Shown: positions 1-12,675 of the stretch, in pieces | How the letters are laid out: every line of letters begins with the position of its first letter | Position numbering within the stretch: position 1 is the stretch's first letter | Assembly: GCA_046563655.1 (NCBI GenBank) | Contig: CM102288.1 | Location: forward strand, 496,001-560,000 | Source of the DNA: Yuukianura sp. NJ FZ-2021 | Taxonomy: Eukaryota | Direction of reading: 5' to 3' | Length of the DNA stretch: 64,000 nucleotides | The notes under the pieces: model-generated | Databases searched by the model: none | What the model was told of the DNA's origin: nothing | The model's input: only the letters and a program-made list of their open reading frames with translations | Position numbers and translations under genes: made by a program

Positions 1-1
1 A

Positions 2-130
2 AATGAAACTGGAAAGATGTATCGCTTCAACTCGGCCTGGGACGAAGCGAACAAGCGCATAGCCGATTTCGATCCAAACATCGTCAGTCGCGTGTGGAGT
101 ATGAGCGAGAAATTAACGGAATCCGGATAG
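2..130 (+). CDS. 3' end of a short-chain dehydrogenase (retinol dehydrogenase-like), partial; tandem paralog of the next gene
   Basis: Frame from base 2 reads NETGKMYRFNSAWDEANKRIADFDPNIVSRVWSMSEKLTESG*, resembling the C-terminus of the downstream SDR (ETGKLYRNC...AKLLWDKTTEMI). Confidence 0.65.
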   Translation, partial: NETGKMYRFNSAWDEANKRIADFDPNIVSRVWSMSEKLTESG

Positions 131-438
131 CATGGCCACCACCAATAATCCTAGAATAATAAGTATAACTACAATTTCCTCAAACTTGTGAAATCAATGT
201 ACAACTAATTAGTTACTGACGATTATCATCGTCCCGATTCCATTTTTTAATTAAATTCAGTTACGAGATACCAGATTTAGTATTGCCAAGCTTTTGTTCG
301 AGTTTGTCTATTTTTCTTTCGCTAAGATTGGAAAGGTCGCAGCGCTGCTGCGTAGCTGAAGTAATTCAATTAGCGTAGCTTGAATCCTTAATTGACAAAC
401 TATTTAAGTACTAATTGAATTGTATTTTATTTTCAGTC

Positions 439-1672
439 ATGCCTGCAGTAGTGATACTGAGCATCGTCGTTGGAGCTGGAGCTGTGATCATTGGAATAAT
501 TCGTCTGCGTAACATGAAATCATGGGGACAGCATAACACTGCACATGAAGTCAGCGTCCACAAGAAAACTGTGCTTATAACTGGAGCCACTTCTGGTCTT
601 GGGAAGGAAGTTGCGTATCAGATGCTCAGACGGGGAGCCATCGTGGTCATTCCAGCCAGAACTTTGGACAGAGCACTGGAAGCTGTCGCTGATTTGATGA
701 AAAAACCAGGAACATTGAACGGCACGATGGTAAGCATTCCAATCTTCCAGAATTTCAAACACTAAAACTAAAATCCACTTTTTTTAGGTTCCAATGGAAA
801 TGGATCTTTGCTCGCTGCAATCAGTCAGAAACTTTGCAGAAGCATTCAAAGCTCAGTTTAATCGGTTGGACATTTTGATCAACAATGCTGGAGTGTTCAC
901 TTGGTATGACAAGGACAAAGTTACCAAAGATGGATTCGAGTACAACTTGGGTGTCAACTACATTTCGCACTTCCTTCTCACCGATCTCCTTCTGGATACT
1001 TGCAAAGCCGCTGGAAAAGGAGGCGGATGCAGGTAAGTTATAAGTAATTCTGGAATTACTCAAAATCTGGAACTTTAAACATAATTTGAAATTCAATTTT
1101 TAGAATCGTCAATGTGTCGTCGTCACTCCATGAAAAAGGGCAGCTCCGACTGGACGATTTGAATTTGAGGAAACTGACAGCAGAGGAAGTGAGGACTGTG
1201 AAGCCCTACAACAATTCCAAGTTGGCCCAAGTTTACTTTTCAGAAGAACTGGCCAGACGCTTGAGCAATACAAATGCTGGAGGAGTACACACATACTGTC
1301 TCTGCCCAGGATGGGTGTACACCAATTTAGCAAGAGATGTTGGTGTTAAATGGTATCAATACGTTCTTGTTCTTCCCGTCGCAGCAGTATTCATGAGAAC
1401 ACCAGTTCAAGTATGAATTTACTAAATTCAATTTCCTGAACCATTTGAAATATTACAAAAACTGGAAAAATTGCATTTTTTTGTCACTTGATTTGCAGGG
1501 ATCTCAGACAATTCTGCACTGTGCTTTATCCAAGCAATGCGAAACTGAAACTGGAAAATTGTACAGAAATTGTGGAGTTTGGAGTTCGAAAGCTTGTCCG
1601 ATTCCTGAATCAGATGCAAAACTGCTGTGGGACAAAACGACTGAAATGATTGGCTCGGTCAAAACGTCGTAA
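439..1672 (+). CDS. Retinol dehydrogenase 11/12/13/14-like SDR with N-terminal membrane anchor (4 coding exons)
   Basis: TGATSGLG Rossmann motif, LDILINNAG, catalytic YNNSK (YxxxK), hydrophobic N-terminus; GT-AG introns at about 730-787, 1033-1103 and 1411-1498. Confidence 0.9.
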
Positions 1673-2647
1673 AACGATCTTAGTAAAGTTTTTAACAAAT
1701 TGAAACTAGTAATTGAAAAGTAAATTTTTTTGTTGTAAAGACTAAATAACCCTGATTTATTGAGACCATTTCTTTCCTCTTCAGTAAAAGTGTACTAGAC
1801 GGAATCATAATTATAAAAATGTGTGTTATTTCTTTGCGTGTTCCAGGATTAATTCAACGTTCCAGTTTAGTCTGATACTTTACTACTAAAAAGTATTTCT
1901 AGCGCCAGCAAATTGTCTAATTTTCCTTGCAATTCATAACAACAAGGTAACAATAGGCCAATTGTCTTTCTATAAAAGTGTGAATCAATCACTCCATTTC
2001 ATTTTGTGTGATTACTAATTAATACATCTCACTTTCTCACTTGTCTCAATGAGCAATCTAACTTACTAAACTACTACGTAACATGTAACTACTTAGCAAA
2101 AGCTGCAACTTTCAACATTGTTCTAACTCAATTTCTCATTTTAAAAATATTTTACTACACAAAACTACATGTAGTAGCAGCTCTTCTTACAAAAAAAAAC
2201 GATCTCACTATTATCAGTTTCACTTTCACTGCAATTTCTTATTGCTTGGCAATTCGGCGGATTTTGAATGTCGCTTGTAAAATGCTCAGCATCAATAATT
2301 TAAAATCTCTACTACTTTAATTACTTTTTAGCTAAAAGTGCAGCAGCTCTCGACTATTACTTGGCTACGAAACTATCTAAAGTTTACTAAAAATCACTAT
2401 TATGCTAAGATCTAAATACGTCTGATCCTGTAAAATTTTACGACGTTACTAACTCTTCAAATATTTTCTGAAACGTGTTTTTGAAAAAAATTCCGCTCCC
2501 TTTTTGCAAAAGTTATATCAAAATTTTAAAATTTCAGTCGATTCACTTCACTAATAGTCACAATTGGTGGCGGCAATAATTAATCTGGGGCAGGGGGCAT
2601 CGTTTGAGTCAACTTAATTTTCCAAAGACAACGTACATGCTTGATGC

Positions 2648-4383
2648 TTACTTTTTTGCGACAACGCTGGCGTAGTTGTGACTCGGACTGCCTTTGTGCT
2701 TAGGCGGAGTTGGTGAAGTTGATGAGCAAGAGGAAACTGAACTTTGACTTGAAGCACGTTGTTTGCTATTGGCTGCAGCTTCAGCAGCCAATCGTTCTCG
2801 TTCTTCTTCAGCGAAGGACTTGATCCAAAGTACTTTGAGGTTAAGGCTTGGGTCATTGATGCGTCGAATCCGCTCGTCCCAGCCTAAAACACAACAACCA
2901 AACAATGATAAACTAAGTTTGTGAAACATTGTTGCTTCCATTTCATTTTGACTTCAAAATGCTTACTGTCTTTCATAAACTTCTCAATCTCTTCGTAGTT
3001 CGGCACTTCGGGAAGGCTTCTGTTGTAATGCGCTGCTCGGCTTGAGCCATGGTGAGTCGTATTGTTAAAAACTAAGACTTCTGAAGGTTGCGACGGCCTG
3101 AAAACACAAATACGCGTCAAATTAACTTCAAATTCATTACAACAAAGCGGAACTCCTACTCTTAAATGTTCCTTTGAAACTTACGACGTTGGTGAAGATG
3201 CGCTGCCAGGCTGTGGTTTCTTACACCGTGTTTCAATTGCGTCCAACTTGTGGTGAGGGTTCGTGTGTGCATTCAGTCCTAAGAAAAAAAAAACAAAGTT
3301 AATTTTTTGAAAAATACGTCTTTAATTTTCAATTCAGTTCTTCTTATGAAAAACCGTACGCGCTTGTTGATTTCTTCTATCCATTTTGCCTCAAAACCAA
3401 AATTGTCACTATGCTGTCACTTTTCGAAGTGTTCGCGTTCTAATGGTTCACGCCAATAATGAATGGGCTCTACAAATTCTGGAGTTAACGAATCTCTGAG
3501 TAAGCTAAAGCTAGTGACGATTATGATTAGAAAAGTTCACTTTCTACTCGGGTGATCACTGCTGTCACGTACCATGCTAAACTAGAAACTATTTTTTCTA
3601 TGATTCTGTGTTGTGTTCCAGTGTTATCAATCACACCGCTATCACTCTGTTAGAGCGGATATTCACCCAAGAGACAAATGATTTGTTCCGGATGGACAAC
3701 ATCCCATTGTAAAACTAATCGTAAGTTATTTGTCCAACACAAATTAATTCCTGTCTCTGTCAATCCCTTCATCCGATGGGAACTCGTTAATACTTAAAGC
3801 TATACACAAATAACAAGTGACAAGTGGGAGCCAAGAGATGCCGAAACCAAAATGAGGAGGTACAAACAATCACCCCCAGTACTTCTCTTGTCATTTTCTC
3901 TGTATTCAGTTAACAAGTGGAGAGTCAATTCCAGCCCCCTGCTAGTTTGCGGTACACGACACAATTGATTTGATTCAATTGAAACTTCAAACTTCGCAGC
4001 TTTACAATGGGATGGATGGGCCGGTTTGTATCTGTACATGTGCGGTGCCTTTTTATGTACTGTTTAAGCACGACCCCACTGATGAAAACGAACGTATAGT
4101 ACAAATATTTTTGTACATTGACCGCCTGTTATGTTTGTGTTTGTTTACTGTTTACAGAGCGAGCCTACACTACGTTTTATAAAGAAGTTCTTTAAAAAAA
4201 CTCTGTTTCGATTAAAAACATTCCGGTAAATTCCAAACCGCAATTTATATTCAGGATAAGCGCTAGCTGATTAAACCTAACCAGAACCACTAACGATAAA
4301 CTTTGGTAAGCACATTGAGATGTCGTCTTACTTGCTTTCGATGCAGCACCAAGTCTTGTGGCCGGTTTGTTACTCAAGAACAT
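2648..4383 (-). CDS. MCRIP/FAM195-like small protein, spliced, with two phase-compatible first coding exons
   Basis: Spliced reading MFLSNKPATRLGAASKAR-LNAHTNPHHKLDAIETR...VLVFNN...YEEIEKFMKDSWDER resembles FAM195 (basic N-terminus, LVF motif, 'hEEnvrFv.eaW' helix). The canonical C-terminal motif is not evident and the 3' end is uncertain. Confidence 0.5.
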
Positions 4384-5173
4384 TGTTTCTTCAGCGAGGA
4401 CAGTAAAAGGAAGGAAAGATTACGCCGAACGAGGTAAGTTTGCTGGATGAGAGAAGGGACACGCTTGATTGACCACGGGAGAAACGTATTTGGTCTGCCG
4501 GGTTTAGGAATTGTTTAGACTACTCCGGTAAGAAGATGAAGAAGATGATCCGCTTCTGATTGACGTCTGAAACAGATCAATTCAAAGACGACATTAAGAA
4601 CTGAAGTGTAATGTGTAGGGCTGGTGACGATTACGAGTTCTCACCTTTGTAAATTATTTCATAAACTGATACGCTGAAGAGATTGTAACCACCATGTAGA
4701 ACGTACAAAAACAAAAAGAAGACGACTGTGAGGGTTGATGGTTGATTTGTCGGATTGATTTGGTTGATTGATTGATGTTGACGTGTGGGAGACGGAGAAT
4801 ACTGGCTTTTGACAACCACACCACAACCAGGGTCTTCCTGTACGAAAGTTCAAGACATTTGAAACGAAATGTCGCTAGATGTTAATTAGAGTTGAATAGT
4901 TTTAGTATCTAGTTTATTTGAATTGTAACTGTAATTTGTTTAATTATAAAAAAAACACCTCTAATCTCCCAAATTTTATGAGGCAATAAAAATGAAGTGG
5001 AGAAATAACACCCGACCAAGCACGTGTTTCTGTATTTCAAAATCAAAATTTTTTCTTTTCCTCAACGATAATCAATAAGAAGGAAAGCCGGGAGACTTTG
5101 AATTACTAAACCACATGTGATAGTTTATGAGGAAAAATCCAATCCTTTTCGCAACCCTATTGCAATTAATACA

Positions 5174-5305
5174 CACTGGAAAAATATGATGCAAACATAA
5201 CGTATCACATTGAAAAAAAATATCCTTAAACATATTTTTCACATTGAAAAAATATCCTGGAAATATATTTTTGCATTGGAAAAATATTACGCAACTATAT
5301 TTTCA
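5174..5305. repeat. Degenerate tandem repeat, unit about 33 bp (CATTGRAAAAATATCC...), about 4 copies
   Basis: Recurrent cactggaaaaatat / cattgaaaaaaaatatcc / cattgaaaaatatcc / cattggaaaaatat in the intergenic region upstream of pelle. Confidence 0.55.
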
Positions 5306-5691
5306 TTTTCTAGTTCTGCACTGCATTACTTTTACATTAAAAAAAATTTAACTTAGACATATTTTTTGTTTCAACATAAGTCAACTCAGAATTAATTTAC
5401 ATGCTACTTCAATTGTTATTCAAAGGTTAGCGAATTCACTTCTTTCTGAAGCGCTAATACAAGACGATCACTTAATTTCTCTGTTTTCTTCCTTGTCTAA
5501 AATGCCAAATTGCTTTCAACAACAAGCAATTGATCTCCCCTCATTACTTTGGCTTATGTTGAGCAAAGAGCAGAACAGCTGATTATAAAGTTTTGGTAGC
5601 AAAAGTCCTGCAGCGTTTAGTAACTTGTTCGACCTTCATTTCAGCTGTTCGAGAATGCTGACAGCTGATTCTTAACGTCTGATAGTCTGAT

Positions 5692-8464
5692 ATGAATCTT
5701 GGCAAAGGAGCAATTACAACTTCGAGAAACAACAGTACACGTTGTAGTTTTCCGCAAGATCCGATGCTGTCACCATTCCAGAGTGCTGGAAGTAGATCCG
5801 GTTCCGGAGACGCTGGGTCTCGTCGTGCACCGAAATACGTTTACGAATTACCATATTTTGAAAGACGAGAACTCTGTCGTATACTGGACGAAAACAACCA
5901 ATGGGAGGCTCTAGGTTAGCGAAAGTACTTTCTCTACAATTCTTTACCTCAGAAAATGTGGTTTTAATAGACTAATTAAAACAAAACGCTTGTATTAGGT
6001 GGAGGACTGATGTGCTTTTCGCCCACTGAACTAAGCGAATTTGGAAGAGCAGTGTATCGCGGTGCGTCTCCCACGGATTCGTTATTCACTGCTTGGGGAA
6101 GCCAAAATCACACAATCCTGGAACTTTTTACACTTTTGGGACGACTGGGCCATTTTCGAGGGATGAAAGTTATTAAAGATTTCGGTAACTTTAGCAAATC
6201 AAACAATTTACACCATGATCTGCTAGTAATTGGCGTAGTATCAATCTAAGTTGCCCGTTCTTACTGTTGCAGTTCCTCAGAAGTATCACATATACATTAA
6301 AGAGCACGAAGTCGATGTAGCCGCTGATTTAGTTCAACAAGACGTTCAAGGTTTTGCTAAATCTATCCACCCGCTGGACAATTCACCTAAAGGCGCCGAC
6401 GACAAAAATGCGAACTTGCCTCCACGTGAGTTACCGAAAAATAACTTCAATTCCTATTGTAACTCCTGATCTACATTTTAATCCACTGAAAATATTTTTC
6501 TGCTAGAAATCCCGAAGACCAATGTAGTAGAGTCAATCGGATCTTTACCGCCAATTCCGTTTACCGACCTGCAACTTGCTACTGAAAATTGGGAAAGACG
6601 GAACATCATTGGAAAGGGAGGATTCGGCACTGTTTATAAAGGAATGTGGAAAAATACGCCAGTTGCAATTAAACGAATGGAGCAGGTGAACCATTGTTTG
6701 AACAATGTCAGAACTTTTTAATTGCTTGGTTTTAATTACTTCCTGACACCTTTGCTTAGAGAGCAAACCAAACATTTATCCAAAGTCAGTTGAGACAATC
6801 ACTTGGAGAGCTTCGATTCCTGAATGCATATCGCCATGATAATGTACTGCCAATATATGGCTACTGTCTTGAAGGGGAGTATCCTTGTCTAGTCTACCAG
6901 TACATGAGCAACGGTTCTTTAGAAGATCGGCTTCTGTGTCGGGTAAAACTCAAACTTCATTCTAAGATTTTGAAATTCTATAGAGAAGCTCGGAGATTCT
7001 AAGATGAAAAATTAGTATTTTTGTTTTAGAACAGGACGTATCCTCTGAACTGGACTCTGAGATACAACATTGCTAGGTCAGTGGCATGTGGAATCCAGTT
7101 TCTGCATTCTATTGGACCAAAACCACTGATTCATGGTGACATTAAAAGGTATGCTTTTGTTTTAATTTTCGATTTTTATGTACGATTTTTTGAAATGATT
7201 TGCGCATTTAGTGCCAATATCCTGCTGGACAAGAACTTTGAAGCGAAGGTTGGTGACTTTGGACTAGCTCGTGAAATTAATCAAACAGCAGCAGATGCTT
7301 CTTATGTAAAAGTTTCTCGAGTGCATGGAACACGCCCTTATTTGCCAGACGAGTATCTTCGTTCCAAAAAACTCTCCACAAAAGTGGATACTTTTAGTTT
7401 CGGGATTATGCTTTATGAAATTATTTCTGGACAAAGAGCTTACGAAGAAAGTCGACCGAAAAAGCTTTTGGTAATTCCATTTTTTTTTTCATTTTTGGGG
7501 TCAGATTTTGAAATGTTTTAAGTTTTTTTTAAATTGCAGAGAGACATGTTTGACGAATCAGAAAATGTGGAAACTCTGAAAGATCCGAAAGGTGGATCTG
7601 AAAATCCAGATATTTTCTGGATCTTATTGAGAGTGGCCAAATCTTGTACGCTTCGTCTAGCCAAAGAGAGACCGGAAATGGTACAAGTTCTGAAGTCAGT
7701 GGAAGGACTCATGTCTCAAGCTAGCATAAGTAAGCTCATACTTGTGATGCTGCCAGTATGTACTTGCAAGTATATCTTTTGCAAATTGTGTTCTAGGAAC
7801 GTCGAATTCTCATATGACAGGATTGCCACAACTGTTTGAGCAGACGATGAGTCTGCGTCCTGGAACTTTCATTCCTTCTGGACATTCCGCTAACCCCAGA
7901 TTGGTACTGGAATTTGAAAAAAAAAAGTTTTTGTAACTTTTGGAAGTGAAATTTTGAATTTTCGTTTTTCAGAGTCCTGTTGACATGCGATCGCCAATTA
8001 TGCAGCGAATGACTCCGCAGTCATCAGTGAACCAAACACCAAAATTTTTAGAGTCTTCAGGCATTCCAGGAGGATCTCATCGCCTGAGTCCAGCATTTCC
8101 GAATTTGTTATCTCACACACCAACGGAAGTCCGGACTCCGGTGGTTCAACCGGAAGTTGTGAAACCCGCAGCATCAAATGGTGTCGCAGTAGATGGTTCT
8201 ACGACACCTAGAGGTGATACGCAACAAGTACATGCTGAACCAGCAGTATTGGATCCAGTAGCACTACTTTGTGCTTCACCTTCCGACACAAAAGCAGAAC
8301 CGGAAGTACAGTTGCAGCATCCCTCTGTTTCTCCAGTTCAAGATGATTTTGATAACTACTTTCCTGTGTTTCTGGATGACAGTCGTGGAGAAATGTCAGA
8401 AGAGACGACAGAGGGAGCTGCAACGGTCATTCCACTTATAACTGCACTCGGAATCAAGGACTAA
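5692..8464 (+). CDS. pll: Pelle/IRAK-family Ser/Thr kinase (death domain + non-RD kinase), Toll pathway
   Basis: Death domain (YVYELPYFERRELCRILDENNQWEALG...SPTDSLFTAWGSQNHTILELF), IGKGGFGTVYKG, IHGDIKSANILLD (non-RD), DFGLARE, HGTRPYLPDEY. Confidence 0.92.
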
Positions 8465-8581
8465 CGACTTACTAAAAGAAAACTTGCCTTGTCGGTATTA
8501 TTTTTGGAACTATGTGACTTACTGACTTGTAAGATTTAAAAAAATAAATACGTTTTAATTTTGGAAAACTCGTCGTGAGAT

Positions 8582-10436
8582 TCAAAGTTGTTGTTCAGCT
8601 TGAGCTTTAGCAGCAGCTTCAGCTAACAACTTTGACTTGAGAGTTCCACTCGGTGGAGCGTAGTTGTAGAAGATGTTGAAGAATGGAAACGACGCTTTAT
8701 CTGGATTTTGCAGATCCACGAGAAAACAAACGACGCCTGCGCTGCCTTCGAACAGACTGTAAGGGCAGTCAGGCGTTCTGGTTCGTTTTTCGAATTGTTC
8801 CAGGAACATGAAATCACGAAATTTCTTGGCTTTGTACAAATACGAAGGATCTTGAGTGAGTCTGTACAGAAGGAGGAAGGCATAAGCGTTTCCCGATACA
8901 CCGTGACAAAGTCCTGAAAAATTGCAATTGATGACATTTAATTGCAGATTTGGGTAATTTTTCAGTAAGGGGATGTCATACCTGGCCCTTTTTGCAAAAG
9001 TCCGTTCTGCCAAATGACATTACTGCACTTTATACATGCTTCCAGATACTTGTCGTCTTTGTAGCGGAGATAAGCCTTGCCCAACATGTAGATCACACCA
9101 GGAGCTCCGTGACAGAAATGGACCAATTCATCTTCAGGAAGAAGAAATCCGTTCCTTACATCTTCCATTTCCGGTGGGAAGTTGCCTGACGGAAACTGAA
9201 TTGTGAGGAAGTAGTCAACTGAATCGTGAATGACTTTCTCATACTCCGGATATTCCGCACAAAATGTTGGAAACGACAGAAGAATTTGTAAAATCGAACA
9301 AAGTCCATGCACTGCACCTGAAAATTCAAAGAATTTAAGGATTTTTACACTAAATGCAATAATTTTAAACTATAAAGTAACTATGAATAATAGTACTTGA
9401 GACACTTACCAAGGTATTCTGTATCTTGATAGGAGTACATCAATGGACATGGGCTTTTTGTGGCGGAAGAATACTGTAGGCCACTTTCAACCAGGCCAAG
9501 CCAGATTGCAGCGAGACCCTTCAAAAAACAATAAAAAACGTTTTCTTTGAAAAAGCAAACATTTTGAATTCGTTAGACTTAAAAGTCAATCATTTTTGCA
9601 ATGTTGATAGCCTTGCCTGTTTGGAAACAGGACATGTCCCGACCATTTCTTGTAACCAAAGACATGCACAAAGATAGCCAGCACGTCCTACAAGCAGCTC
9701 CTCGCTGCCAGAATAGTCCGGAGAAACGTAGTACTCAGCAGCAGCAGCAAACTGTTTCAAATGCTTCATCGTAGCGTCGAACTTGTCCAGCATTTCAAAG
9801 AAAACTCCAGCAACAGCATCCACTCCGACTCTTCCGATCAGAAATCCAGAATACCCAAGCTTCGCCCTGGAATCGAAAGTGAGACATTAACATGATTAAG
9901 TGGCAAACCGATGACATGACACATTTAAGCTAAAGTCTCACTTTGTGGGTGACAGCAGTTGGTAGAAAGAGATTTGAGCAAGGAGATTGCTTTGAACAAT
10001 GCCGTTATTAATGGCTCGTTCAATTAGATTAATGTTCGTGTTTCCGCTTCGGTGGATATGGATCAACATATACGCAATTCCAGCTGCTCCGGTGTAAATT
10101 CCTCCGTCAACATTTGCGTCTCGGGATACACCGAGTGTGTATCGTAAGTAGTAGAGGATGTCTGCATCCATGTCGGCAGTATCGTTGGGTACTGCTGCTA
10201 CCACCTCATTTTTGTTTTGATCTTCGTCTGTGGTATCTTTTTCATACTCCGGAAACGGGTTGACAAAGTGTCTTCCGCTTGGTGCCAGGATCAACTGAAC
10301 TATAAATTTAAAAAAAGCATTAGAATTGGCTAAGTTGAAAATCTATAGATTTGCAGAATTTTTGCATTTTACCAATTTCAGCACCCTTATCGTTTTCAGC
10401 ACCACTTCCGACATTACTAGCAATTGAGGCTGCCAT
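8582..10436 (-). CDS. LanC-like protein (LANCL3-like), spliced
   Basis: GRHFVNPFPEY, IYTGAAGIAY, ELLVGRAGYL, YLGAVHG, FCHGAPG, GLCHGVSGNAY, PDCPYSLFEG; multiple GT-AG introns; ATG at 10436. Confidence 0.92.
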
Positions 10437-10483
10437 TTTGACGAATAATTCACAATCTCAATTACACAAGGTCATATTTGGCC

Positions 10484-10834
10484 CATAGCTCGGCACTTAT
10501 GCGATCCCGGCACAGCGATCCCGCGATCCCCGATCTCCGATCCCACTTTTGGGAACGGGGAGCGCCGCTCCCCGATCTTTTGAAAAAGATCGGGGATCGG
10601 ATGCAAAGGAGCGCAAGGTATTTTGCGATCTTCTTGCGATCCCGATCCCCGCTCCTAATGTTAACAGCATGGGGATCGGGGATCGGAAGCAGCGATCCTT
10701 CTTTCCCCTGACTGGATCGGGTCAGATCGCGGGGTAGGCTCAAAGATCGGGGATCGCAGCGGGTCAGATCGCTGGGTAAGGCCGGAAGATCGGGGATCGC
10801 GTGTTTGGGAGCGCAGCAGAAGTGCCGAGCTATG
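10484..10834. mobile_element. 351-bp MITE (non-autonomous DNA transposon), hAT- or P-superfamily type
   Basis: Perfect 15-bp TIR CATAGCTCGGCACTT (10484-10498) / AAGTGCCGAGCTATG (10820-10834); 8-bp TSD ATTTGGCC at 10476-10483 and 10835-10842; GC-rich interior with many CGATCCC/GGGATCG motifs. Confidence 0.93.
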
Positions 10835-11277
10835 ATTTGGCCTAAACTACGACTTCGACGGTAAGTAATTCTAATTAGTAATCAAAGGAATCAAAGCTTA
10901 ACACACTACAAACTTACAAACAAAAAGTTTATAAAACTGTCAATCAGCTGATCTTGTTTGTAAACAAACAAAGCGCGGCAAATTTCTGATTCAAATAATG
11001 TTGACATGAGTTGTCATGACAATTGAGACTGACATTTTTTTTCAGGAATTCGATTGATTCGGTCATCCGCATCCGTCCATCGTTCCAGCTTCCATCATCA
11101 GTTCGTCATCCAACGGTATGATAACTAAAAATTAATCAAAACTGGTAATCAATAAGTTTGTGCCACTTTCTAGTAATGGAGGTCAATCAAGGAAAGGAGT
11201 AACTGGACGTGGCAATTATACTGTAAAAGAAAACGATTTCTCAATTTTCTACAAATACCGAAGTACGCCTCTACAAC

Positions 11278-12508
11278 ATGGACATACTGGTTAAGTTGTA
11301 TCAAAGTACGGCAATATGATTACGGACACAATAAGTTAAGCAACGTTAGACATTTTACTAATAATTACGACCTCTCGTTTCACAGGATTCCGGAAACATC
11401 CTATTGACTTCATAGGACTAGGGTTTATCCTAATCGCCAGTCCCGCCATTTACATTTACGGAGTGTACTGTATCATTCCTGGTGTGTTGAAAGATTCTAG
11501 TGAAGTGGTTCAAGCGTTGGCATACTTGGCTGCAACTTGGTGTCTCTTTGGAATTTTCGGACATCTGTACTGCGTTAGAACTCGAACTTCATCTATTAAA
11601 GGCCGGTTTTTACCCCAACCGATTGTGATGACAGAGAAGGACGACACTAATAGTCAAAATCTATCCAGCTTTAGAACTGCAGGTAACTTGTTTAAGATGA
11701 GTCACAGTACAAGTTAGCTTCTATTTTACTTTGTGTATAAGATGGCCTCCATCGACGTACACAAGATATCAATAAAACTCTAGGTCAACAGTTCATGGCC
11801 AAACCATTTGGATCCGACGAAGCCTGGCATATTTGTCCACAGTGCGAAATCTACGGTAAGGCGATATTAGCTTATCATTTCACTTATACAATATGCAATT
11901 AATCAACTCAAAACTAATTACTTTAGTTCCGAACCGATGTTGGCACTGCTCCAGAGGATGCAATACTTGCATATTAAGAAGAGACCACCACTGTGTCTTT
12001 GCTATGGCTTGTATTGGAGAAGAAAATCATGCCAACTTCATCGGTCTCGTGTTCTATCTTGCCATTGGAGCCATTTATGCAGCAGTGATGCTCATGCTTT
12101 ACTCTGTCCATAACTTCGTGAGCAATATACACAACAAAGCATTTTATAATCTTACATTCACTTACTAATCGTTTTCGTTACTGTTTGTAGGGAGTCAGTT
12201 ATGGATGGTTTCTAGTCAAGAGTTTCGTTCCAGCCTTATTCATCTGGACAGATTTCTCATTTCACTACGTTCTGAGTGCACTTTCAATTTTAGGCGGTTT
12301 AGTTGCAGTGGGAATGTTGTGTGCCTATATTTTGGGAGCCACCAAAGGCAGAACGGCTGCCGATCAAAAGTATTCCACCGACGCTTGGATTTCATTACGT
12401 GGTGTAAGTTACCAAAAATTCAAAGGATTCCTGGGACCAAATCCAATTTGGCGGATCATTTGGCCGTTTCACACTATTTACAAAGTTGACTACGCCCGTC
12501 AATCATGA
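11278..12508 (+). CDS. DHHC palmitoyltransferase (ZDHHC22/24-like), spliced
   Basis: CPQC...PNRCWHC..CNTCILRRDHHCVFAMACIGEENH, flanked by TM segments. The start MDILVKLYQ-RFRKHP is inferred from a phase-compatible intron at about 11306-11386. Confidence 0.85.
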
Positions 12509-12675
12509 AACAACTAAATATGTGTCACTCCTTCCATCATCCATAGCGGTTCTTCAGTAATCTTAACTTTTTCATGCTTGTCTATTTTTAGCACAATTAT
12601 GATTGTGATTGAAATATTATTTGTCAAAAGTGAAAATTTTTATGCTGTTTGACTTGATTGTTTTAGGAACGTCCC

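Noticed and set aside
8582..10436. LanC gene as part of a bacterial lanthipeptide cluster or HGT
   Set aside because: It has spliceosomal introns and animal LANCL features, with no LanA/LanB/transporter nearby.
10462..10743. Short ORFs on both strands
   Set aside because: They arise from the GC-rich repetitive MITE interior; no transposase or other motifs.
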